A stretch of DNA of 64,000 nt from Fimicolochytrium jonesii. Its lineage: Eukaryota. The translations under genes were made by a program, and so were the position numbers. Numbering within the stretch: position 1 is the first letter of the stretch; every line of letters begins with the position of its first letter. Below are positions 31,801 to 43,945 of this stretch, piece by piece. The notes beneath the pieces were generated by a model, which saw only the letters and a list, made by a program, of their open reading frames with translations, made no database searches and was not told where the DNA came from. The stretch covers positions 124,001-188,000 of the forward strand of contig NW_026515672.1 of assembly GCF_025526975.1 (NCBI RefSeq), written 5' to 3'.

Positions 31801-34800
31801 CTGCTGCAATGCAGAATACCTATGCCCCGCTAAACTATGCGATCGGAAAATGCTCATGCACTTCCGATCGTACGCTCACGGCCAAGGACGCGTCAACGTG
31901 GTGATTGAGGAGTTCGCGAGCCCTATGCAGGGGATGGAAGACGTCATCCTCATGTGGAGTTTCTGCAAACTGTGCAACCAAGTCACGCCTGTCGTGCCCA
32001 TGTCCGAAGAGGCGTGGAAGTACTCGTTTGGGAAATACCTGGAGCTGGCGTATTACCATGCGAAACTGGGGTGTCGGGCGGATATGTGTCCTCATGATAT
32101 CTTCCGCGACCATATCCGGTACTTTGCGCTTAAGAATTTGGCGGTGAGGTTTGAATATGAGATGATCGACTTGCTGGAAGTCGTCGTTCCGCCGAAACGG
32201 CTGCGCTTTGTTCCTGAGATCCCGGCGCGATTGCGGCAGCAGGATTATGAACTGCTGAATGAGCAGATTGTGAATTACTACGACTCGTTGTCGGAGCGCA
32301 TCAAGACGTTTACGTTCGATCTTGTGCCGCAAGCAAAGGCGCAGAGTGCGAAAGATGCCATCTCGGATATGGGAAAGAAAGCGAGCTCTGAGAAGAAATA
32401 CATCTTGCAGCTGTTGCAACAAACGCTGATCACCAGTGCGGCCACAGATACCTTGGCATTCAACGGAACGCTACGGGTGCTTCAGGAGAAGGTTGTCCAG
32501 TGGGACCTAGATTTCGCTGCGTTTGTGAGGCGATTCTTGCAAACCGATACCAAAGAGATTCGAAGATCAACGGCCGCGCAGCTGAAACGTATGTTCGTGG
32601 ACGGGACAGGGGTGCAAAGGAGCGGCTTGGCAGGCCTACCTGAAGATACTGGGGCTCTGGCTATCGAGATGGGGCTCAACCCGTCTTCGCTCGTATTGTC
32701 TTTCCCCGAGCTCGGCAAATCACCGTCGCAGTCAACTACTCCATCATTTGGAAGAATGATGCAGACTCGGTTCCCCGATACGTCACCCGGATCACCGCAA
32801 TCCCGAATCAATAGGCGAATGTCGATGAAGTTGATGAAGGATTTGAGGGTCAAGCGCGCACCCCTGGAAATCGTACCAAGTTTGAGACCGTTATCGTCCA
32901 CCCCGGATTATTTCCCCGGTACGAATTATTTCGAGAATGCAGACGGTTCAGCGAACCGGACGAAGCCAGGCAGCCAGGCAGTCCTGGAGAGTCCCTTTGA
33001 CGACGACGTACCCGACATCACGATCGAGTCAATCGGCGGACCATCGATGTGTCGGTATGCGTCCGATGAAGATGAGGACGATCTCGCGATCGGGAACAAC
33101 GTGGACCAGTGGTCGGAGAACGATTCCGACATGCCGCCACTGAACAACGTCCTGGCAGAATCCATAGAAGACGTGCTCACCGCTGACATCCAAACTATCT
33201 CCCTGACGCCAGCAAAGCAGCGCCCGGCCTCCATCTCATCGCACAACACCTCCACGAATCAGAACATCAAGGATGATGAGGAGGATATGCCGTTAGAATG
33301 GAACATCATCTCTGGCGTCGCTGGCGAAACCTCCGAGCATCTCCAGTCCTCCACAGACCAACTCGATCTCAACAAGGAACTTTCGCCCAGCGCCGCAACC
33401 AGTGGTGAACGCACCTCTATCATGAAAACCCTGACGAGCCTCTGGACCGGGAACGCCGCCAACCTCGCCCCATTGCAGTGCCCGTTAGCACCCACCGAGC
33501 ATATCTTCCCCGACTCGAATGTCGTGGTGAGGGAAGAAGAGCCAAGTTCGATCATTGCGTTTACGTTGGATTCGAAGCATTACAAGGAGAAGCTGCAAGG
33601 ATTGGGTAGAGGTGGGGAAAGCGATGGGAGTGCGGGCGTGAACGGGAATGCCGGTGTTGAGGATATGACGGCGAACCCGAGGGTGTCGGTGGAGTTTGAC
33701 GATGCGCAAGGTGCGGCGGTGGGGATGGAGGAGACGTTGCTGCGAGGGACGGGGACGCATATCCGATATCGTAAGTTGAAAAACCGTACGCCGTGCCCGA
33801 CTCCTCTCATCACCTGCTGACGGGTGGGTGAAACAGAATTCTGGGATGGGCCGACGCGTATGAACTGCAAGATCTTCTTCGCGGAGCAATTTGAAGCGTT
33901 GCGGAGGAACTGCGGTGTTGACGACAAGTTCGCGCAGAGCCTTGCGCGTTGCATGCGTTGGGATGCTTTGGGGGGCAAATCTGGATCAACGTTTCTGAAG
34001 ACGAAAGGTGTGTACCATGTTGGTATCCATGAGACGCGTGAGATACCTGACACCGACCCTGCAACCCTTCCGCAGACGATCGCTTGATCATCAAGCAACT
34101 GTCACGACTGGAACTTGATGCCCTGTATAAGTTTGCGCCGGCTTACTTTGAGTATATGTCGCAGGCCATCTTTCATGAGGTTAGCGCATCTGATAGGTTA
34201 CAAGCTCGCAAACTCATCCATTCATCCATCAACTAATACGCATTCAATCGGAACAGCTCCCAACGGTCCTAGCCAAGATTTTCGGCTTCTATCGCATCTC
34301 CTACAAAAATCCAACAACCGGCCGATCCATGCGGTTTGATTGTTTTGTGATGGAGAACTTGTTTTACGAGCGCACTATCTCACGGGTATGTGTCACCGTC
34401 ACTCCGAGTTGATGGGCTTTTCCTCGAACTTAAAGCAGCGATACTGACTCCCCTTCTGTTTTGCAGATATTCGATCTCAAGGGCTCCATGCGTAACCGGC
34501 ACGTCCAATCAACTGGCCGTCAGAACGAAGTGCTTTTGGACGAGAATTTGGTGGAATGTAAGTTTCGCACGCGTCTTACTTCTGTGCTCCCATCACGAAA
34601 CGACTCCTGACCCCTATTTCTTTTCTGCCATCTAGTCATCTACGAATCACCGCTCTTCATCCGTGAACACTCCAAAAAGCTACTGCGTGCATCCGTATGG
34701 AACGACACGCTTTTTCTGTCGAAACTGAACGTGATGGACTACTCGTTACTTGTGGGCATCGATGCGGAGCGGAACGAGCTTGTTGTCGGGATTGTTGGTG

Positions 34801-35132
34801 AGTTTTACTATCTTTCTTTGGCCGGAGTGCGCTTGCAGATGTGTTGATGGCGTTCAAATTCAATAGACTTCATCCGGACTTTCACATGGGATAAGAAGTT
34901 GGAAAGCTGGGTGAAAGAGACCGCGTTTTTGGGTGGTGGTGGCAAAGAGCCCACGATCGTCTCGCCAAGGCAGTACAAGAACAGGTTTAGGGAGGCTATG
35001 GAGAGGTACTTCCTCATGGTAAGGATCGTTTGAATATTGGTGCATCTATCGCACCGAACACTGATCAAAATTTCGCCGGGACGCCGACAGGTTCCAGATA
35101 AGAACATCTCCAAAACCGCTCAAGACTCATGA
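28892..35132 (+). CDS. FAB1: 1-phosphatidylinositol-3-phosphate 5-kinase Fab1/PIKfyve
   Basis: FYVE ([24 protein letters not shown]), Cpn60/CCT-like domain ([10 protein letters not shown]), Cys-rich region, PIPK domain ([36 protein letters not shown]). Confidence 0.97.
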
Positions 35133-35307
35133 TGGATTGTGCAGATCCTGGTTGTACATAGATATTCATTTTTTTGGAGGTGTTTACGAGCTTTCTGATT
35201 TCCCCCACATTAAAAATTCACGGCGTCTGTCTGTCTCCCGCACCATAAACATGCCCTCTTCTTATGCAGCAAAAGGGTCTAGATGTCACTAGTGTCGTAG
35301 AAGTAGC

Positions 35308-36355
35308 TTATGCGCATCCGGCGGTTGGGTCGGCCTTTGTGTTCAGAATCAGGGCGACTGAAAACAAGGTTCATGTCAATGAAAAGAGCGGATAGTAACG
35401 CGTATAGATGAATATTGCCCTTACCGATAAGTCCGTAAAGACCCAAAACTTCAGCGAAAATGAGAATCAAAATCATCCCGACGAAGAGACGTGGCTGTTG
35501 CGCGGTACCCCTGACTCCTGCGTCGCCAACGACACCGATGGTGAAACCAGCAGCGAGACCGCTCAATCCGACACTCAATCCCGCGGCAAACTGTATGAAA
35601 CCGGCGAAAAGGGACATTTTTTGTTGCACTGCGGAAACAAAATGTGAGGACGGGACTATCCTTGTATCTCCCTGCCAGGTCGGGAACAAGTTCAATACTT
35701 ACATCCACCGCTAACCAGCACGGACACGACCAGACCGTAGATGGCAATGATACCAGCCTAATCCCATTTGGAGCGCATGTCAGACGTCTGTTGTGCCTCA
35801 GAATCGCATTCCACACGATTGGAAGAACTGAACGTACCATGACGACTGGCACAATGTTCTTCATGATCAACTCTGGCCTCATCACACCCATAATCGAGAT
35901 TCCAACTCCAGACTTTGCCTGTATTCAGCGTACATTAGCGCCGAGAACGGAGAAATTGTGATGTTTGATGCGTTCAGGTGCTTTACCGTTCCATATGCAG
36001 CGCCAAAGCCTGTGCGAAGGAACACATGTAAGTGATTATATTCTTTGACGCTAGAACACCCCATGTGGACATCAATCACTCACAAGTGAAGACGATAGCT
36101 GCAAAGTTCGTAAAGGAATCGAAAGAATTGTTAGCCGCGTGTATCTCGGGTAAATACTGTCGGCTGTCGTGCAAGACAAGACGGCAAAATGATAAAGAGC
36201 GGCGTACCTGCAGTGCAGCCCATAGCACCAAAAAATGGGCTGATAGAAAGCGGTCAAGGTATTAGTTTTGAACGTTCCCACGGATTTCCAATTCGAAGAT
36301 GAGAAAGGGCTACCTACCTGTATACGGGACAAGCTTCTGTGAATGTGACCGACAT
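35308..36355 (-). CDS. VMA3: V-type ATPase proteolipid subunit c
   Basis: Eight short exons give [35 protein letters not shown]...[25 protein letters not shown]...[34 protein letters not shown]. Confidence 0.95.
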
Positions 36356-36833
36356 GACTGAAAGCTGGCTGTCTTTTGACTGTTTGGAGCGTGTAGGAGG
36401 GTTGACGAGAGTGGGCTCGCAGCTGTGTTTTCGAGGGCTTCAGGAGGCGGGTGCCGATGAGGATGCAGATGACCGTAAAAGGACCGAGGCAAGGGGTTGG
36501 TTTGTGCTTGTCATCGGGATTGAGGCGGGCGGGTCATGTGACCTGTCAACGCGTTGAAAGTCCTATGCTCAGCACCACGACTTATTCGGCGGACTCCTGG
36601 CCACTCGTCAAGTACTGTATATATACATACAGTGCGCTATGATGAATGCGGAGCAAATGCTTATACTTAGTGTATTTGATAGCGAAGTGTTGGTGCAGAT
36701 ATATTGCGCAAATTAATGGTATGTTTATGCTCCAATCACAATGGACTTTCATTGGCCTGCAAAGCGATAATAGCTGGGGTGAAACCCCTGCTATCCTCCA
36801 CCTAACTGCGTCAAGACGACGGGCTGCGCAACC

Positions 36834-38366
36834 CTACGGATGCGTCAATCGACTCTCGTCCCCCCGGTCCTGCCCAAGTTCACCACCTCCTCTCTGCGGT
36901 GAAGACCCGGCGGCCAGGAACTGTTCCTCACTCTCCTGCACGGGCCTGACCCCACCGCCAGCCGTAGCCATCTTCGCCGCCGCAGAAGCCAGGGCAGCTG
37001 TCAAGGCAGCCTGTGCTTGACCGTTAGCTGCGAGTGCTGCCGATAGTGCCGGATTCGCCGCCGCAGCTGCAGCGGCCGCTGCCGCGGCTGCTCCTGGCAT
37101 TCCATTGAGGGCTTGTGCACCTGCAGTGGCTGAAAGGATGCTGGAGAGCAGCGTATCCATAAAGGTTGCCGCTGGACTGGCAAGAAGATGCTGTTGCTGA
37201 TGTCCCGAAATAGGTGAGAGGGCGGGTATAGGTATTGTGTTCGGTGGTGGTGCTGGAGCGATGCGTGGATGCGTTGCAATATGTGGTGATGCCCTTGCAA
37301 GAGCGGACTGCTGCTGCTGTTCTGCCGTTTGTTGTTCGTGCCGTTGCTGCTGTGATTGTTGTTCATTCGAGGCACTCGCACCGCCGTCTGCCTCCGTCTG
37401 GGTGCTCAACCCCGGTATCGGCGGGAATGTCATACTCCGGTAGAGCGCTTCCCTCTCCCCATCCCAATGGTTGATCCGATTTTTCAAATCTACCAGCAAA
37501 GCATCGGAGAGACTCGAAGTAATGTTCGACGGGACTTCCGGATTCGTTGCTCGCTCGATCAACTTTGCGAAGGCGATGCTGCCAAGGGATGTTGGTGCTG
37601 ATGTCGATGGTTGCTCATTCACAGCCGCGCTTTCTTCTGGTAAGCCGGGCTGACCACCCAAGTCCGTGGTTTCAGCCGGCGCTGTTGTTTGTTTCGGCTC
37701 TGTTTCCCCTCCGTCTGGGCGCACAACCTCCATGGCATCCGCGGATGTTCCCGCCTCGAGATCTCTCGATTCCTGCCATAACCCGAAGACGATCTCCTTC
37801 AATCGCTCGTTTTCCGCATGCAGTGTGTCCAAGTCTTTCCTCAGCGCATCTACGACCCTAAAAACCTCCTCGCGCTCTCTCCACCACAGCTCTCTTTCCT
37901 TGATCCGCACATCCCGCTCCCTCGTCAATCTTTCCACTGTGGACCGGAGCTCGCGATGTTTCGCCTCTGATTCGTTCAATTGATGATTTCGATGATCCAT
38001 CAGAGCGGCTTTGTTTTCCAACTCTTTTATGTATCGTTGCTTCCGTTCCCGAAAAGACCGCTGTGCTTGTCTATTCTGCTCGGCACGTTTGACTGAGGAT
38101 GTTCCGGGACAGAGTGCATTCAGCTTGAGGTCATATATCGAAACGCTCTGCACCGACGCTAACCCACCTGCTGCAGAAGGGCTCGCGCTGTCTGGCGTTG
38201 TCGGCGTTGTGGGCATTCCCATTCCTTGGCCTGCTGCTGGCTCCTCCGCAGGTACAGCCGAAGGCGGCTCAGGAGCATTTAAAGCATCTTGAGGGTCTGG
38301 AGAAAAGAAGAGTCAGCTTGGGAGGCTTGCAATACTGACGGTAAGAGGTCAGGACTTACTCATCAT
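36834..38366 (-). CDS. bZIP transcription factor, AP-1/Yap-like
   Basis: KRAEQNRQAQRSFRERKQRYIKELENK plus leucine-zipper/coiled coil; tiny first exon ATGATGA|GTAAG at 38366-38360 spliced in frame to the long ORF. Confidence 0.85.
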
Positions 38367-38899
38367 TAGCGCACGTACAATATGGCGGCTGGACGGGCAA
38401 AGGGATGTGATGTTGAAGACAGGGGTTTTTCAAATCGCAGCAAGATGGCCAAAGTCGGACGGATATGCGTGTGGGAGGGAAGGCAGGGTAAACGCGGATG
38501 TGACAAAAGTCAAGCCAGCTGGCATTAAACTGCATTAAACCTCCTTACTATTCACATGCTTTTGCACAGCATCTCAACCCAGATCTCAACCGGCCGGCGG
38601 TCTGGAGTAGATGTCGAGTTTGGGAAGAACTTCACCGGAGTCCTAGGTGTCGCACAAAGTGAAAAGGCGGGAGGGAACGACGTTACAACATTGAGCTATA
38701 CATGCAGTTGAGAATGCGGCTGGGAAGGGGCTTGAGACTACCATATGCAGTCCTACGAGCGCCTTGGAGGTGTGAGATGCGGGTGGGACGGTGTGGTGAA
38801 CGATAAGGAAAATACTTTGAGAGGTCCAGCCCCTTGTTCAGTCGTACCGGTTATGTACACTCTGAAAACTCTGAATCTTCGATATGCTATGATTTTCAT

Positions 38900-41250
38900 T
38901 CATCCAAATACGTTGAAAAAATCTACTTTTAACTGAGGCACAACTACTACCTTTGTTGGCTCGATGCCTCGATGATGCATCAATCGAGAACGGCCAAATC
39001 GTAAGAGAACGGCTCGTGGGTTGGATGACAAGGCGGCCTCCTGTATCACCGGAGGTAAATGCATAAATGCGCTAATGATGTCGGGATATTGCCGCGGGAC
39101 ATTGTCGGCCCCCCCCCCCCCCACGTCGCTCCAAAATGAGATTTCGATGTCTCGCAGCTCGTCTCCTTCCAGAATAACCTCTACCGCGCGTACAGTGCCT
39201 TATCATCGAGCTGACTTTTCCACCACAGCTCGACGATAGGGGACGGTAGGTCGGCATCCCCGATATCCCAAAAAAAAATCCACCAGATGCACTATGGCGG
39301 CTGTCGATGTCGATGCCGTCGTGGGTCCGCCAGGCTTCTGCGCCCAGAAGCCCACGTCTGACCTGGATCCCCGGGGAGGCAGAACCAGGCCAGCCGAACG
39401 ATTCTGTGCGCGAAGCCAGATCCCGGCGATTCCAAATGTCGTGCCACACCGCCACCTATGGCCAGGCGAAAAATTCAGGGCTCAGATGCTTGCGAACACG
39501 TACAACTGACGGTTCTGCGCCAGGTCGCAGAGAATTCTGTAGTCTTCAGATTGACGACAGGAGTTGGCGGGGTAGCTTTCGGTTCCTCAATTCCGGTGAG
39601 GTCTTAAGTCGTCGATTAGGGAAGGAATCAGTCGGCCGGTCCTTGCACTCACCGCTAAATTCGACAAGCCCCATCTTGTCAGGCGTTTTGGAAGATCTCC
39701 TGAATCGGCAGATGACACCAATACGGTCTTCACAGCCACACCTGAAAGCGGTGGCTGGCCATACCGCCTACGATGTACCCTGCTTCCGGAGACTTCCGGG
39801 CTCGTAGGCTCGGTCGGTTTCAGTGCCGCTCTCCCTCTCCTCCTCGGATTCAGACCCGCTAACCTCCATGGAAATGATTGATGAGTTCATTCTCTCGAGA
39901 GGCGGTTACTGGCCATTTTTCGCCATCGTAAGATCGTAAGAAAAATATCTGCCCTGCTCATCCTGGTATGATGTCAGCGAAGTCATTGAGGAAACCCTTC
40001 ATGAAACCGTTCACCCATACCCATGTTGGAAGCCACAACCGACAGTCCTCATCTATCATCATCTCTCCGTGTCCGTTGTCTTTTGCAGAATTGAAGGGCA
40101 CGATGTGTTCGGCATAGAACTTGGAGACCCACACTCAGCGTCGCTGGGGACGGTGCTCGGGGGCACGGCGTCAGAGCAGTGCACGTCGGGCAGCGCACTT
40201 GCGCCCTCCGGTTGCTGTCGACGACAAACACTCCATTCTCGCCGACGTCTCGCCATATAGGTTGCATGTGAATAGGCGCAGGTCTTTCCTCGTCCGAAAT
40301 CTTGATATCGGGTTCGGCCTTGACGATCCAACGTTGGTAAGCGACGTGATAGGTTCGTTCTCTTGACAATGAACAAAGAACAGGCGGCATCCGTGTACAG
40401 CGCGTGGAAACCTTTCTGCCGGTGATAGTTTTTTACGTCGACGATGTGGAGGTTCATGTATCTGGCTCGAGTTGGTGTCACATGTTGGCGGGCGGGTTCC
40501 GCCATGTGTCCGATACTACCCCTGTTGCAAGTATTGACGCCAGTGAAAACAACGAGTTTACGCTCCTCACCAATTACACCGTCCGTGGTCGAGCAGCAGG
40601 TGGTGTGCGATCGGATTTGAAGAGGCGGAGCGCGGTTCGGAGAGTGTGAGCGCGGTAAGGGCTTATGATTTGGCAGTCGGGGTCGGCGTCGTCGGTTTCA
40701 ATTGCTTCGGTGTTCATTTCGGCGAACAGTTGACAGAGAAGATCCACTTCGAAAGGGTTATAGAGTGAAGTCGGATTTTCGGCGTCGAAGAATTCTCGGT
40801 TATCCCCATAAACTCCGAGGACGGCAAAGCCTCAAAGCCACGCGTCGTTAATGTCTCCAATACTTCCGCCCAAACTGATTCGTACCGACCGTGCTCGATG
40901 GGGTCCGGGTGCGCCATTCTTCTTGCAGAGCTGGTGTCGCCTTCATTCGTGTTTTGAAGATTTCGTAGTTGTCCGTTCAGGAAGAGGTAAATGATCCTGT
41001 TGGGCACACTCGCGGCCCAACCGACGGGGCCGCCACTGAAGCTGTCAATCCCACCAGCTTTGCGGCTTCCTCAGGGCCCCCAACTTGTTCTGCCAATAGT
41101 TCTTTGGGCAGCCCGAGAGATATCCCCTTCGACTCCATTGCCCTAAGCCTTTCAGAAGCAAGGATGTCGGAGGTCGCTGCACTCCTCATGGCACCCATGA
41201 CTAACACTAAATATTGGTGTTCTATGTTCCATGTGAAGAGGGAAGGGGGA
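38900..41250 (-). pseudogene. Decayed coding-like fragments within the accessory island
   Basis: Several protein-like minus-strand stretches broken by stops and frameshifts; no recognisable family. Confidence 0.35.
39977..40180. repeat. ~200-bp imperfect direct repeat, copy 1 (copy 2 at 42841-43041)
   Basis: Shared blocks such as CCCATGTTGGAAGCCACAACCGACAGTCCTCA.CTATCATCATCTCTCCGTGTCCGTTGTC and GGGGGCACGGCGTCAGAGCAGT. Confidence 0.9.
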
Positions 41251-41259
41251 AGGGGGAAC

Positions 41260-42825
41260 TCATGTTTTCCTCTTCTTGGCTGCCCTTCCCGCGTCAGCCT
41301 GCCTCTTCTTCGCCACACCCTCCGCGATCTTTCTTGCTTGGGCTTCGTCGAAATCGGGAAAGGTGTTTTGCTCCAGAGCGACCTGCTCGAGGCACAAGGC
41401 GATCGCAGAAGTGCACCCGCGTTTGTGACCGCCGAAGCGGTTCCACAAACCCCACTCGGGCTGGCCGTCGATCGAAGATACGTAGAAGGCAACCCTCCCA
41501 GCCTCGGTGGCGCAGGTCAAGTTGCGAGGGACGTACGCCTGAGGATGGTGTTCCCCGGCAGGCGCGATCTCGACCCGTACGATGCAGGCCCGCAGGTCCT
41601 CCCAAGCGGATTCCGAAAGCTGCTCCAGCACCTTGTCCTTGAACAGAGTTGCTTTCGTATTCCACAGCGTGTATTGGCGGCTCGCTTTCGTCGGGCCGCT
41701 TTTCGTGAGGACCTCCCGATGGCCGATCTTGTATTGGTCGAGCTTCTTGAGCCGCTCTTCGTGCGCATGAAGCGCGAATCCACGAAGGGCGTTCAGGAAG
41801 CCTTCGGTTGCTTGATCGGGGTGGTCGTGGAACCACGAGGAGAGGCTGTCCAGGCCGAGATCGCTGAGTTCTCGGTGGGTCCTTTGGGAGGACAGTCCCC
41901 GCCTCGCTTGATGCTCCGGCAAACTCGACCAAGCCGCCATTGCCAGGGAGTCATTGAGCCCAAGGTAGGGGCCATCGGAGAGGTCGAGTCCGGCGGCGGC
42001 AGCAGCAGCATCGACCGCTGCGCTCCGGTAAAAGCGGCCGATGACTTGGACGGCCGTTTCGAGGACGAGGACCTCGCCGTCGGAGAGCGACTTGGCAGGG
42101 AACGCGGCGACTCTCTTGACGGTCATCCTTTCCACGTCGACCTCGTGGCATCTTCGGTACGTGGCCTGGTCCTTGCGCTTACGGTACGCGGGGCTCAGAT
42201 GCTCGTTGGCGCGGTGGACGAGGCCGCGCTTGCCGGTAGCAGAACCAGCGTAACCGTGGTTGCCTCGAGGCACAAAGACGTAGAGACCCCACCCCTTGTG
42301 CTCCCACGAGACGGCTGGCAGGCCGGCGCCGTTGGTCGGGCAGCCGGCGGCAAAAAACGAACGACCCGCATCGTCGAGGAAGGCGTCCAGCTTGGTGGCG
42401 ATGGCGTTGGAGACGACATCGTCGTCGGTCTCTTGGATGGTCGCACCGCCGGTCAAGACGGCGACGACGGCGGGCTCGTGCGGGGATTGTTCTGCACGGA
42501 CAAGGGCTCGCAAGGTCTTGATGGCCTTGGCGGCACAAAGACGTAGACACCCCACCCCTTGTGCTCCCACGAGGGGCGGCAGGCCGGCGCCGTTGGTCGG
42601 GCAGCCGGCGGCAGAAAACGCACGACCGGCATCGTCGAGGAGGGAGTCGATCTTGGTAGCGATGGCTTCGGAGACAGCTTCGTCGTCGGTTTCTTGATTG
42701 GTAGCACCGCCGGTCAAGACGGCGACGACGGCGGGCTCGTACGGGGATTGTCCGGCGCGGACAAGGGCCCGCAAGGTCTTGATCGCCGTGGTCAAAACGA
42801 CGAAAGCAGCGGATGGCGCTGACAT
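41260..42825 (-). CDS. Intronless GIY-YIG-like endonuclease with a duplicated N-terminal module
   Basis: WGLYVF (motif I), GYAGSA (II), HRANEH (III), VLE (IV) and YLGLN (V) occur in GIY-YIG order; basic NLS-like C-terminus AKKRKT. Confidence 0.65.
   Translation of the reverse strand: MSAPSAAFVVLTTAIKTLRALVRAGQSPYEPAVVAVLTGGATNQETDDEAVSEAIATKIDSLLDDAGRAFSAAGCPTNGAGLPPLVGAQGVGCLRLCAAKAIKTLRALVRAEQSPHEPAVVAVLTGGATIQETDDDVVSNAIATKLDAFLDDAGRSFFAAGCPTNGAGLPAVSWEHKGWGLYVFVPRGNHGYAGSATGKRGLVHRANEHLSPAYRKRKDQATYRRCHEVDVERMTVKRVAAFPAKSLSDGEVLVLETAVQVIGRFYRSAAVDAAAAAAGLDLSDGPYLGLNDSLAMAAWSSLPEHQARRGLSSQRTHRELSDLGLDSLSSWFHDHPDQATEGFLNALRGFALHAHEERLKKLDQYKIGHREVLTKSGPTKASRQYTLWNTKATLFKDKVLEQLSESAWEDLRACIVRVEIAPAGEHHPQAYVPRNLTCATEAGRVAFYVSSIDGQPEWGLWNRFGGHKRGCTSAIALCLEQVALEQNTFPDFDEAQARKIAEGVAKKRQADAGRAAKKRKT
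42269..42792. repeat. Two-copy tandem duplication (~261-263 bp) inside the GIY-YIG ORF
   Basis: Units begin GGCACAAAGACGTAGA at 42269 and 42532; the protein repeats AIKTLRALVRA.QSP.EPAVVAVLTGGAT.QETDD...LDDAGR.F.AAGCPTNGAGLP. Confidence 0.92.
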
Positions 42826-42840
42826 GTCTGAAGGTTGAAC

Positions 42841-43041
42841 GCGAAGTCAGTAAGGAAACCATTCATGAAACCCGTTCATCCCCATGTTGGAAGCCACAAC
42901 CGACAGTCCTCACCTATCATCATCTCTCCGTGTCCGTTGTCCTTTGCGGAACTGAAGGGCATAATGTGTTTGGCGTTCCACAACCCATCCGCGACACCCA
43001 CACCCCGGCGACGGTGCTGGGGGGCACGGCGTCAGAGCAGT
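42841..43041. repeat. ~200-bp imperfect direct repeat, copy 2
   Basis: Matches 39977-40180; on the minus strand it overlaps an intron-like segment GTGAGG...ACTGAC...CAG (42913-42828) directly before the GIY-YIG ATG. Confidence 0.9.
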
Positions 43042-43204
43042 CCAAGCCCGCGATCTTGGGAGAGAATAGACTGCACTGCAAGGACGCCGGAAAGTAGGAT
43101 CATTCTGCAAATTCTGTTCGTTGGTCATGGTGCCTTATCGCATGGCAGACATGAGGCGTGCGTAGGCAGAGGCTTCCCCAGGAATTGATTTGCGCTCGAA
43201 AATG

Positions 43205-43453
43205 GTGGTCCCATGAGACGGCAGGGAGACCAGCACCGTCGTTAAGGCTTCCTGCAACGAAGGAGGCCCCACCAGTCGCGTCTACATAGTCCATCCAGAC
43301 CCCGTCTTGTTTGCGCTGGGTTTTTCCCTTCCCCATCTGCAGAACTGCGTCAGGACGTCGGGATCTTGGTCAGCGGGATCAGCGCGCGCGAGCTGTACGC
43401 ATGATCTTGACGGCGTGGGTAAGAACAACTGAGGCAGAAGAAGGAGCGGACAT
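43205..43453 (-). pseudogene. Frameshifted paralogous fragment of the GIY-YIG ORF N-terminus
   Basis: MSAPSSASVVLTHAVKIMR vs MSAPSAAFVVLTTAIKTLR; YVDATGGASFVAGSLNDGAGLPAVSWDH vs FLDDAGRSFFAAGCPTNGAGLPAVSWEH. Confidence 0.75.
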
Positions 43454-43843
43454 CGTTGTCATTGTCGTATTCGACGAAATGCCGGATCGCCATCGCTTCT
43501 CGGCAGGGGGCGCGTGTGTGCTGACGGCCATGATGAAGACCGTGAAGACGAAAACAGAGATGAGGTGATGGCGTCCAGGTCAAGGCGTCGACGATGGTGG
43601 AGAAGTAGGTAGGCTGCTGATGAGACGACGGCACAGCTGGACATCCATCTGTGACAAGAAATCGATTATTGATGGTGACTCCATGTGGTGTAACTCATTC
43701 CTCATTGGAATGAACTTGCGGGGGGAAGAGCGAGAGGGGCACACATGTGGGTGGTACGGCATGCGGGTTTGGATGTCGTAAGAATTAATTAATTCACAAT
43801 CCAACGTTGCAGCATTCCTGGAGACAACTAGCCGAGAACGATA

Positions 43844-43945
43844 GCAGCGATGGCCGAGTGGTTTAAGGCGTTTGACTTAAGTGGCACTTAACTTAAGTAT
43901 TCAAATACACGCAAGTGTGCGTGGGTTCGAACCCCACTCGCTGCA
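43844..43945 (+). tRNA. tRNA-Leu (anticodon TAA) with an ~18-nt intron
   Basis: Acceptor stem GCAGCGA/TCGCTGC, A box TGGCCGAGTGG, anticodon stem TTTGA/TCAAA with CT-TAA-G then the intron, long variable arm ACACGCAAGTGT, T arm GTGGG-TTCGAAC-CCCAC, T-run Pol III terminator at about 43960-43965. Confidence 0.93.

Noticed and set aside
40969..42546. 525-aa plus-strand ORF
   Set aside because: Antisense shadow of the GC3-rich GIY-YIG ORF; no recognisable motifs and a non-ATG start.
39977..43041. LTR retrotransposon
   Set aside because: The repeats lack clear TG...CA ends, and no gag, RT, RNase H or integrase motifs, PBS or PPT were recognised.
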